A stretch of 64,000 nucleotides of DNA from Eledone cirrhosa (taxonomy: Eukaryota): the NCBI GenBank assembly GCA_964016885.1, contig OZ024741.1, forward strand, positions 228,470,001 to 228,534,000, written 5' to 3'. The notes under the pieces were generated by a model. The model was not told where the DNA came from and ran no database searches. It saw nothing but the letters and a program-made list of their open reading frames with translations. Positions 26,120 through 38,537 of the stretch are shown here, in pieces; the stretch's first letter is position 1, and each line of letters opens with the position of its first letter. The translations under genes were made by a program, and so were the position numbers.

Positions 26120-28334
26120 TAAAAGACGGCAAGACGATACTTTGGTTCATGGAAACGTTCCCTGGCAAAGAACGGAAATAAAACGAAGATAATACGTCAT
26201 TATTTGGAGCGATGAAAAGAATTACACGCAAAAACAAATCCACGTTTATGGTATAAATGAAGTCGTAAACTAATATTATCTTAGATGGTTCGTGGAGACG
26301 TTCTCTGGCAATGAACGGAAAAAAAAAAGAAAATACGTCATTATGTGGAGCGATGAGTTCAAATCCCGCCGAGGTTAGCTTTGCCTTTCATCCTTACGGA
26401 AGAGGGGGGGGGATAAAATAAAGTACCAGTAATGTACTGGATAATTGCTGGCCTTGTGCCAAAAGTAGAAACAAGTATGTGGAGCGATGAGAACAATTAC
26501 ACGCAAAGGCAAAACCACGATTATGGTATAACTGAAGTCGTAGACTAAAATTCTATTTAGGAAACCGAATGAGTATCGGCTTCAGATTTAAGAATAATGT
26601 AAATAAATTACAGCGATAATTGAAATCAACAAAAATTAAATATATACATGCACGCATCCATATACGTACATACACATGCATACGCGAAAACACCCGCCAT
26701 GGGTATGCAAATACAAGCACGTACACAAAAACACGCACGCACATACAGAACCCACGCAACGCCTGTACCCGCACATATACGAACATATACACCAAATACA
26801 TATAAAAATATATATAAAATATATATATATATATGTATATGTGTGTATATGTGCATGTATACATATAATTATATAGACGTATATATATATACACACATAA
26901 ATACGTATATAACGCGCGCACACACATACCTACATGTAAATACACATATGTTCGCTAAAGGAACGTCAACCGAAACACAAAGTACTTAACTATACAAATA
27001 AGTAATGGTATAAACATAACATATACTTAGCTACCACATCAAGACGTAAAATATCCGCGTATAGTTCGTACTATCCGTTAGGGTATAATGTGGGGCTGTA
27101 ATACAGGAAAGTTTTGTGCAATTTATGTTTACAACCGAAATTGCCTCAGATTTTTTTGTTTAAGATGTGGTCTTTGGCGTAGAGTATTTCCAGGGCTTTA
27201 GCGGCGCAGGGGTCACATGGTCTTTTATTTCCGTTATACCATCTAGCCTAAGCTATGAACTCCCAGTGTAACTTATATTGGGTGTGGTTGTCTTTTAGAC
27301 TTCAGATATAAGTTGAAAGTGACGTCATATTTCTTCTTAAAGGGTTAAGAAAAGAATGGGTATGCATGTAAAGGCGCTGCTTTAATCTATTGGCGGTTAA
27401 CCCTATGTGGGCCCTACGGGACGTGGGTGTTTCAACCTTACATTTGTAGACAATGTTACTAGAGAGGCATTTCCGGATAGGGGGCAGTCAACCCAATTCC
27501 TACAATTACAGTTAGTACTAGCTACAGGGTTCCACGTGTTCCTTCGACTAGGTAATTTAGCTAAGATTTAAGCTGTGATGTTATGTGCAAGGTTAGAAGT
27601 CGTAGAGTAAGACATTTTAGTGGTATTTCTATTAAAAATGTTAATATATTTATGTGCTGGGGGGAAATGCTTCATAATAAGGGAGAGAAGGATCTTAGCT
27701 AATGGTGTGGCCACCTCCATACTATATGGTGGGTTATACCATATAATGTGTCGGGATCTATTCTCATACTCTGTACATGCTACCTTATCGACAAATCCAC
27801 TCCAAGCAAGATCTTCATTGTAATATGTGGAATGGTCGGTGAAAATATGCTCGTTTGTAAATAGACGGGAAAGCCTCAGTGAAACGTTTCTTACCAGGTT
27901 CTTGGTTATGCTGGCAGGATGGTTAGAATGCTTAATTATGTAATTAAGCGTATCATTTGGCTTTCTATACGGGTAGTGCAAGCCATTCGACAAATTGGGG
28001 TTACGTCGACGTAATTAACGAATGCTGTGAGTTCTTTTCTGAACCTGTCGCAAGCACGTGGGCCGCACTTTGTCATGGTCAAATGACCGTCATCACGGTA
28101 CAAACCACCCCCACGTTGAGGAATTCTTGCTAGATAGAGAAAAGAAGGAAAAGGCCGATAAGATCAGTAACCTCCGCAGAATCGCTGGCGCCCATACTAA
28201 CGTCGAATGGGGGTACTATTAAATTTTTTAATCCAAATAGAGTCGTGGAAATTAATCACCGACTTACGGGCATTGAGGATGACACCAACTTCGAAATCCT
28301 TAACCACTGTGAATGTTTTAGCGAAATTGATAGC
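26120..28334 (-). pseudogene. PLE (GLYRDD-type RT + GIY-YIG) remnant with 3' UTR
   Basis: Minus strand PFDVSMGASDSAEVTDL, GGLYRDDG, PYRKPN..HSNHP, IIWYNPPYS, MSYSTT, CNCRN..CPL..C; SINE inserted at about 26354-26475. Confidence 0.88.
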
Positions 28335-30313
28335 TCTATCTACAAACGAGCATATTTTCACCGACCATTCCATATATTACAATGAAGCTCTTGCTCGGAG
28401 TGGATTTGTCGATAAGGTAGCCTATACAGAGTACGAGAATAGATCCCGACGCACCATATAATATGGAGGTGGCCAATCCATTAGCTAAGATCTTTCTCTC
28501 CCTTATTATGAAGCATTTCCCCCCAGTACATAAATATATTAACATTTTTAATAGAAATACCATTAAAATGTCTTACTCTACGACTTCTAACCTTGCACAT
28601 AACATCACAGCTTCAAATTTAGCTAAATTACCTAGTCGTAGGAACACGTGCAACCCTGTACCTAGTACTAAGTGTAATTGTAGGAATCGGGTTGACTGCC
28701 CCCTATCCGGAAATGCCTCTCTAGTAACATTGTCTACAAACGTAAGGTTGAAACACCCACGTCCCGTAGGGCCCACGTAGGGCTAACCGCCAATAGATTA
28801 AAGCAGCGTCTTTACATGTATACCCATTCTTTTCTTAACCCTTTAAGAAGGAATATGACGTCACTTTCAACTTATATCTGAAGTCTAAAAGACAACCACA
28901 CCCAATATTAGTTACACTGGGAGGTCATAGCTTAGGCTAGATGGTATAACGGAAATAAAAGACCACGTTACCTCTGCGCCGCCGAAGCCCTGGAAATACT
29001 CTACGCCAAAGACCACATCTTAAAAAAGAAATCTGAGGCAATTTCGGCTTGCAAACATAAATTGCACATAACTTTCCTGTATTACAGCCCCACATTATAC
29101 CCTAACGGATAGTACGAACTATACGCGGATAATTTACGTCTTGATGTGGCAGCTAAGTATATGTTATGTTTATACCATTACTTATTTGTATAGTTAAGTA
29201 TATATTACCTGCATCTTTTGTGAAGGTACGTATACTTTCTTGTACGTATATTTACTTGTATATGTTATAGGCGTATATATTATATTATATATACTGGTTC
29301 ATGTGTATATGGTTATGTGTATACGTGAGTTTTGCGTCTGTGTGAGGATGCGGGTTCGCACGTATGTGTACTTTGTGTTTTGGTTGACGTAGGTTTAGCA
29401 AACATATGTGTATTTACATGTAGGTAATGTGTGTACGCGCGATATATACGTATTTATGTGTGTATATTTATATACATCTATATAATTATATGTATACACG
29501 CACACACACACACAGACACATATATATATATATATATCTTATGTATATTTTCATGTGTATTTGATCTATACGTTCGTATGTGTGCGGGTACAGGCGTTGC
29601 GTGGATTCTGTATGTGCGTGCGTATTTTTGTTTACGTGCTTGTATTTGCATACCCATGGCGGGCGTTTTCGCGTATGCATGTGTATATACGTATATGGAT
29701 GCGTGCATGTATATATTTAATTTTTGTTGATTTTAATTCTCTCTGTAATTTATTTACATTATTCTTAAATCTGAAGCCGATACTCATTCGGTTTCCTAAA
29801 TAGAATTTTAGTTTACGACTTCAATTATACCATAAACGTGGTTTCGTCTTTGCGTGTAATTGTTCTTCGCTCCACATAATGACGAATTTTCTTCGTTTTT
29901 TTCGTTCATTGCCAGTGAACGTTTCCACGAACCACCTAATAGAATATTAGTCTACGACTTCATTTATACCATAAACGTGGTTTTGTCTTTGCGTGTAATT
30001 GTTTTCAACGCTCCAAATAATGACGTATTATCTTCGTTTTTTTCCCGTTCTTTGTCAGGGAACCTTTCCACGAACCAAAGTATCGTCTTCCTGTCTTCCT
30101 TCGGTTGCAACGTTTTTCGAAATATTTACTTCTGCGATCACAGATTGATTTTTATAGTTTCAGAAGATCCCGTTAAGGGTAAAAGCAGCGATTCTTTGCT
30201 TAAACTTTAATCTGTTATTTTAATAAATATTTGCTCTACGGTTCTTATATATTTGATATATATTTATCCTTATCGAGCCCTCTTTGGATTTTAGTCTTCA
30301 AATTTATTATTAT

Positions 30314-30318
<5 letters not shown>
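28335..30318 (+). pseudogene. Inverted copy of the same PLE 3' half with pLTR
   Basis: TNEHIFTDH.., HFPP.HKY..IFNRNT.KMSYSTT, CNCRNRVDCPL; reverse complement of about 26480-27870; ends in (TA)n. Confidence 0.88.
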
Positions 30319-30361
<43 letters not shown>

Positions 30362-30494
30362 TTAAATTCCATTATAACGAAATTTACGGGGTATAGAAAA
30401 AATCGTTGTAACGAAAAATTCTTTATAACGAGGTCGACCGAAACAAATCCAGTGTTTGTTTGTTATTACTTCGGGGAATGAAAAAATGTTCGAT

Positions 30495-30682
30495 ATAATT
30501 GTTTCTACTTTTGGCACAAGGCCAGCAATTATCCCAGTACATTACTGGTACTTTATTTTATCGACCCCGTAAGGATGAAAGGCATAATTAACCTCGGCTC
30601 GATTTGAACTCAGATTGTAAAGGGACGTAACTATGCTGGCAGCATCCCCGACCCTCTACTGATACTGCCAATTCACCCGTTA
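30495..30682 (-). mobile_element. SINE family A
   Basis: Matches consensus. Confidence 0.85.
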
Positions 30683-31208
30683 TAATGAAACGTCTAGTGT
30701 GGACGTCATCAGCTTTCGATACAAAAGATGGGAGCCGAAGATTAGAGACACATTCCAAAAGTTCTCGGCCTTGTATCGATAAAAATAAGCAATTTGGCTG
30801 AAACATCAAATCTCCTTCGGTAACAACTTGACAGCAGTAAGGAAGATTTGCATCACCCAAATACATTGAGTTATAAGCAAACACTCATTTTAAAAGTATA
30901 TTAACTTATAGTAAGCTGCTACAACCCTGGTATAAAATAGTAAATTAAGCTTTTCTCTTTTCAAAATATAACCCTCTAGAAACGGGAAAATATGGACTGT
31001 GTGTTCTACAGAGATAGTACTTGTACCCGCCGTATACCGGACGGCTTCATTAACATTACACTAAGCAAAACTGATCACTTGGCTGCTGTTTTTAAGGCCT
31101 TGTCTTTCAGTCAAGAGATGTAAACAAAGAAACAATCGTTTTACAATGCATTGAGTAAATTTCAATTTTGAAAGTGTGTAAGATGTTACAACGATGGTTT
31201 GGCTATAA

Positions 31209-31632
31209 AATAATTGTTTCTACTTTAGGCACAAGGCCAGCAATTACCCAGTGCATTACTGGTACTTTATTTTATCGACCCCGTAAGGATGAAAGGCAAA
31301 GTCAACCTCGGCGGGATTTGAACTCAAATCGTAAAGGGACGTAACTATGCTGGAAAGCATGGCGTCCGACTCTCTACCGATACTGCCAATCCACCGCCAT
31401 TATAGCCGTTTGGCTATAAAATAATGGTTTCTGTTATAGGCACAAGGCCAGTACTTTTGGGGGAGGGGGAAGTCGATTAAATTGACTCCAGTTCGTTACT
31501 GGTATTTTATTTTATCAACCCCGTAAGGATGAAAGGCAAAGCTAATCTCGGCGGGATTTGAACTCAGAACGTAAAGAGCTGTAACTTTATGCTACACAGC
31601 ATGTTGTCCGGCGCCTTACCGATACTGCCAAA
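31209..31632 (-). mobile_element. Two tandem family A SINEs
   Basis: About 31209-31398 and 31420-31632; GTTTGGCTATAAAATAAT repeated at 31197 and 31408 is a likely TSD. Confidence 0.85.
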
Positions 31633-32060
31633 ATAAACTCCCAACACGTTTGACTATATTATAGTCAAACCTACGATGTAGAAGTTCATAAAAAGTTAAC
31701 ATACATTCAATATTCACGTTCAGTTATATTTTTATCGCTGTTAAAACAGTCTTCGGTGGATTCTCTTTTCAAAATGGGGAATATTGAAAATAGAGAAATT
31801 CCATGACTGCTCTATATTTGATATTCGACGTCTAGTTTTGCTTCCTACATATAATTTAAATTTATCTCTGATTAATTGATTATTTATTTAGTTAATTTCT
31901 CTGGACTGAGAAGAAAAGTTAGGCAAATTTTATATAGCTCAGATTAATGGATTATTTATTTAATTCATTCATTTATCGAGCCACAATCAGCTGAAGGGGG
32001 ACTACACTCATATATGTATCTGTGCTTATGTATAAATATGTATGTGTATCCTCTGACTTT

Positions 32061-32104
<44 letters not shown>

Positions 32105-32269
32105 GATAACAATATATCGTTAAAGGTGATTCGATAAGAGTTTGTGAAAACTACTTATCATGGATAGTTTAAGCGTACGGTGCTGTGTGACTCAACAAGA
32201 GGTTTACGTGGATGGCGAGTTTATGACTTCGCTTGTATTCCTATGTAAGTGTATCGTGGAGTAATAAAA

Positions 32270-32833
32270 AAAGTGGAGAATAACATGGTCAACAGTACAA
32301 ACAAGGACATTTATTTACAGTCTGACAATTATTTCTATGATACCCCCGAAAAAAAATGTGCAACCCTCATCTCCAGGAGTACGGAGAGCTTGTACTCCTT
32401 TCCTCTCCTCCTCCTTTTCCTCAACCTACAGGCTGATATAGAGAGAAGGCCCATTCACTCGGGCCATTCTCGCCACTTTCACCCACCTTTCATAAAACTT
32501 GCTGGGGTACAGCACCTCTCTCTCCATCCTGATTCTTCTTCCAAAGTGGTATTTGAAAAAAAGAATCAGTTGTTGGCCGGAGAGAAAGGTGTCTGACCTC
32601 AGCCCTTTCAACCTTGTCCACCATACAACCTCTTTCGCCATAGCTATCACACAAAGGAAAACCGTCTCTCCTTCGTTTTTGAAGGAGGGTGGCGGTTTGA
32701 TCATGACAATGGACTCGGTGGTCAACTGGATTGGTCCCACCCGCGACAATAGTCGTTCTACATAGCCCCACATGTCAGTGACGCCCGGGCAGTGTATGAA
32801 TGCGTGCGCGACGGTTTCTTCGTCTCGCACGCA
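32270..32833 (-). mobile_element. L1/Tx1-clade LINE 3' fragment (zf-RVT C-terminus)
   Basis: ETVAHAFIHCP..MWGYVERLL..AKEVVWWTR in ORF 32426-32830. Confidence 0.7.
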
Positions 32834-32904
32834 CCTAGCTAGCTAGATAGATAGATAGATATGTTTCTTTTATTTGCCACCAGGGCATCAAAAGTGGGAC
32901 AAGT

Positions 32905-32936
<32 letters not shown>

Positions 32937-33996
32937 AGAAATACGGAGAGAGAGAGATGGAAAGATTTGAAAATTAAAAAGAAAGAAAGAAAAGAAAGTA
33001 AGAATGAAAGAAAGAAGGATGAATAAGAGAAAGAATGAGGAATCAATAGAGAAGGATCGAAAAGTGTAGAGAAAATAATCATGACTAAGATTAACCATTT
33101 AAGATTAGTGAAACAAAATGGCTGCCGACAGATTTTAAGCACGGGAAAATAGGTTTTTGACTATAATAGAAATTGTGAAATTAGAGATGATGATAAGAGC
33201 TTCATGTAAAGGATTGCGCTGTATTTTGTTGTGTGCTTTATATGTATTTTGTATGTATGTAGTGTATGGCGTGTGGTGAGTTGTATATGTGAATGTTATG
33301 TTTAGGAATGGATGGAGGGAAATTAGAAAGTGTAAGGAGAATATAGTAGAGGAAGAAGAAGGAGAAATGTAGAGTACATACGTGTATATGTATGCGCGTA
33401 TATATATTTCTATATGTACGTCTATGTGTGTGTGTAAGTGTGTGTAAGTGTGTGTACGTCTGTGTATATATATATGTGTGTGTGCGTTTTTGTTTGTTTG
33501 TGTTTGTATACGTGTAAGCGTGTGTGTGTTTGTGTGTTTGTATGTGTGTGTGTGAGTGTTTGTTTATATGTGTGTGTATATGTGAGTGTGCGTTCGCAGA
33601 CGTGTGTGTATGTGTGTGTGTGAAAATAAAGGACAAAAATAGTATGGAATGGGAAATGGAGGTGAAAACGAAATAACGGAGATATTAGTGGTGGCGGCGA
33701 CGGAGGTGGAGGTGTTGTAGTTGAGGCTGATGTTGTTGTTATTGTTGTTGCTGAGGATGAGGTGGGGTAGTGATGGTAGTGATAGTGGCGGTGGCAGCGG
33801 CGGTGGTGGTAGTGTTTCTGTTGAAGTTTTTGTTCGTGCGCATGAATGTTTAAATCGTTACCATCCCAATATCAGCAGACGTTTGATCAAAGGCAGTCCA
33901 GCCAAGACCCTCTCATCCTTTTTCTACTATCAGGGAACCTACGACCACGTTAAATATGTTTATTTAATTTGGATAATTTCACGTCTTTCTTACTTT

Positions 33997-34055
33997 TAGG
34001 TTGATGAAGCTTCGAGTTGTATTTTTACGAAGATAGTACGTTCGCAGAAACACTA
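33997..34055 (+). ncRNA. Degenerate hammerhead, family shared with 62130
   Basis: TTGATGA-A-GC...GC-A-GAAACAC(tat)GCGTC; C3 mutated. Confidence 0.45.
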
Positions 34056-34260
34056 TGCGTCCCAGTTATACACACTTGCACACACATACACAATATATAT
34101 ATACTTTCACAATTATTATCATTTTAAATATATTCCATCGTGGACTAAGAAATTGTATTTGGAAGAATATACCTGATGCTGAGTGCTTAATTCTAATCAG
34201 CACATCGTTCACTGATTGATGTGTTGCATACGTAACTCTGATTAATCAACATTTACCCCT

Positions 34261-34305
<45 letters not shown>

Positions 34306-34834
34306 TTTCCTCCGCTATGACCCGTCTGTTTCTTTCTTACTGCTTCCCCTTTCTCCGTATCTCTCACTTTCTACCCCCTCTGCCAGTCACTCTCTCTGTT
34401 GTCCTCTTCCTCACACTTTCACTCACTCACTCTCTGCCACTCCCTCTCCATCACTTCCTCCAGTTTGACCTGTGCGAAATCCTTTCCCCGCTCACATTTC
34501 AACCAGGTTGGATGGTCTTTTTTCTCTGGTCTACGATTTCACAGAACTTATGTTCATCGATTTCAGGGACTTGACTCCTTCTCCCTCACTTTTCGTTGTA
34601 TTACCATCTTTGTTTGTTTACTGTCTCGCTCGTTCCCCCTATTTACGTGTCCCAACGACTTTCTTTAGCGGTTGCTCGCACCAACCAGAGGTATATGATC
34701 TTTAAAGCGATGAAATACCAATGAAGGCTGGAAGATCACTGATGAAGGACTGATTTTATTCATATATATATATATAAAAAGGTAGAACACTGAAGGGTAA
34801 TATCCTTAGTGGTAGACCATGGGACGAGTTTGGT

Positions 34835-35111
<277 letters not shown>

Positions 35112-35158
35112 AATGAAAAAGTATAGAAATTGTTGTAGCGAGAAGCTAACAGTATTCC

Positions 35159-35256
<98 letters not shown>

Positions 35257-35750
35257 GAATAGATATACATATACATATACACTACCAGTAGTGCAGTACA
35301 ACTATGGCTTGATAGCATGTACCATCGTTTCGTACCATGCAGTTACAAGCAAATACAGACCCCCTCACATACCTCACTATCTTGAATCACCGGAACATCC
35401 AAGGTATGACAAACAGCCAGAAGGGGAGAGGGCTACACCAGCAGTGAATTGTTACTTTCTTTATTGATCCCAAATGGAGAAGGGGGAAATTGAATGGCGG
35501 CGGAATTTGAACTTGTGCAGAAACAAATATCCAACAGCCTAACGACTTTACTAACTATATCCATATATATATGTGTGTGTGCGTGTGTGTGGGGGGGGGG
35601 GGGGGGTATAACTGTATCTATATATGAGAGAGAGAGAGAGAGAGTGACAGAGAAAGTGTGTGTGTGTACCTATATCTATATGTGTGTTTGTGAGAGAGAG
35701 AGAGAGAGTGGGTGAGAGAGAGAGGGTGTGTGTGTGCATGTGTGTACCTA

Positions 35751-35811
<61 letters not shown>

Positions 35812-35964
35812 TAAAATGTGTGTGTATGTGTGTGTATACCTATATCTATATGTGTGTGTGTGAGTGAGAGAGAGTTGAGTTAGTTGGTGTGTGTATGTGT
35901 GTGTATGCGTGTATGCGCACACTTGTATGTCTATCTGTCTGTCTGTGTATCTGTTACTTCAATG

Positions 35965-36172
35965 CTTTCTACTATAGGCACAAGACCAGCAATTTTGGGT
36001 AAGGGTAACTTCGATTAATCGACCCCAGTGCATGACTGCTGCTTTATTTTATCGTCCCGGTAAGGATGAAAAGTAAAGCCAACCACGGCGGGATTTGAAC
36101 TCAGAACGTAAATAACCGTAACTCTATGCTGCACAGCATGGTGTCCAACGATCCACTGATACTGCCAATCCA
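35965..36172 (-). mobile_element. SINE family A
   Basis: Matches consensus. Confidence 0.8.
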
Positions 36173-37418
36173 CTATAATATTCTATGATATATGGGGCGA
36201 ATCAAACAAAACTATGTGAAATTTAAGTAACTAGAATATTTTTGAATATGCTGATGTGCATATGTATAAGTGTGTCCGTATGTATATGTACATTAGTATC
36301 TAAATATAAACGCACAAACGCACACATACATTAACGCAAACACACTCACATACATTTACACAAACACACCCATGCACATGCACTCACACACAGCGCAGCA
36401 AAGGAACGCCAGCCTCTGTTTTGCTATAGTTTTCCCCCCTATCTACTTCCTTCCTTTTATACACACATACGTTCACACACACAGACACTCACATATTGTG
36501 CGACGGACGGACGGAAGTTGTACAAATTTATATATAGATGGCGAATGTTCTAGCTTCAGTACTTATACAAACACATTCTACAGGATTTACTGAGCACTAT
36601 CTTCATCTTCAGCTTCCATTAACTTCCATATCACTTTCCTTTTAGTATTGAGTACTTTTTCTTTCCCTTGTTTACATTAAAATGTATACATGCATCTATA
36701 TATCTCTCTAGATATTCCTCTATCTCAGTCTATCTCTTTCTCTTTCTCTTTCTCTCTCTCTCACTCTATATATATATATGTCGATAAATCATTAGATTCC
36801 TTCATCTTTTTTGACTGATTATACACTCAAGCAAAAATAACTTTTCTTCCTAAATATAAATAAATATAATAAACCATTCTAGAGAGATATACTGAGGGCT
36901 CTTGAAAGGAGAAAATATTTCTTATATTTTTTATTTTTCATTGCTTGATAGTTTCTCCTATTTTGAAAGTTTATCCTTTCAAAGTTTCTGTTTATTTCTC
37001 TTATGAATATAAAATTAAGGTAAATATACGTAGAATATTTCTATACTAAATCTATTAAACATACTATTATTTTGAAATTATAACTTGAAATATTCTATAA
37101 TATTTTAATGTTATATTGCTTATAATTATATTTCCAAATCGTAATATAATTCTTTTGTATTTTATGTACTTCAATTATACTTCTCTCTCTATATGTGTGT
37201 ATGTATGTATATGTGTGTATTGACATACATGTACATATGTTTTATGCGTGTAAGTCTATCTGTATGTATATATATACGTGATACGTATCTACCTATTTGT
37301 GTGGGTACATATATGTATGTATATGTGGGAATTGTGTATGTACATGTGCGTGTATATCCATACAATTCGATTGCACTTATGTATAGTGATTATCCCAAGA
37401 TTCGTGACAAATAGACAT

Positions 37419-37610
37419 ATAATTGTTTCTACTTTTGGCACAAGGCCAGCAATTATCCAGTGCATTACTGGTACTTTATTTTATCAACCCCGTAAGGATG
37501 AAAGGCAAAGTTGACCTCGGCGGGATTTGAACTCAGAATGGAAAGGGCCGTAACTCTATACGTCAAAGCATAGCGTCCGACCCTCTACCGATACTGCCAA
37601 TCCACCGCCC
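37419..37610 (-). mobile_element. SINE family A with TSD
   Basis: Matches consensus; TAGACATATAAT on both sides (37412 and 37612). Confidence 0.9.
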
Positions 37611-38413
37611 TTAGACATATAATAACAGCCATAAATACATAACAGGTAATCTTATAAAACTTATATAAAACAAATTTTGTTTAATAACATAAAGTATGTA
37701 TAACATAAAATTTCCTTTAATATCTTAACAATTGTAACATTGATACAACTATATAACATAATTTTCCTTCTCTGATTTTATAAGATTCATATATCTTAAA
37801 TTAAAGAATCCTTTATATTTTGTATGTATATATTATATACGTAGTTAGATATGTATATATATTTTTATAAGTGTGTATATATATTCATATGTATGTGTTG
37901 TTGCGTATTTATACGTGTTATATAATATATAGATCTTTAACAATTATAGATTTCTTAATATATAGATCCCAATTTTTAATATATTGATCTCAATATTTAA
38001 CTGATTAACTAAACATCTAATCATATATAAACAATGGTTAAATTTCTCATATTATATATGTATATTCCATTCATGATTATTAACAGTTCTAATTTTATTT
38101 ATTCATTTCATCTCAATTGTTAAGTTAACTCAACAAGATATGACTTAGGGTTTTTCGTTCTCTCTCCTTTTCTCTGTCTATCTCTCTCTCTATCTTTCTC
38201 TCTCTCTATCTTTCTCTCTCTGTTGTTCTGCTCTTTCTCTCTCTTTCATTCTCTATCTTTCTCTGTCTCCGTAACCAACGGCTTATTTTAAAAATATCCA
38301 ATATTAACTTACCTAAAATTAAAGCTACAGCTCCACTATCCGGGACTTCCAACAGTAATGGTTGCATTATTTAAGGGTATGTCAATATTTATTTAAAAAA
38401 ATGTTCTATATTA

Positions 38414-38478
38414 TATTTTATCTGGTGAAAGCACACCATAATTTAACTTGGTGTCCCTGAAATATGTATAATGAAATA
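38414..38478 (+). ncRNA. Hammerhead ribozyme, core mutated (CTGGTGA)
   Basis: TATTTTAT-CTGGTGA-..ACACCA(10 nt)TGGTGT..-GAAATATGTATA-ATGAAATA; homologous to 59801. Confidence 0.6.
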
Positions 38479-38537
38479 AATATGGTTTTATAAATATAGT
38501 TTCCATTTATTAATATCGTATTATATATATATATATA

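Noticed and set aside
28879-28881. In-frame TGA in the PLE endonuclease as selenocysteine
   Set aside because: Falls at a position typically Trp (YIW.LK), not Cys, in a copy with other frameshifts; a simple TGG>TGA change is more likely
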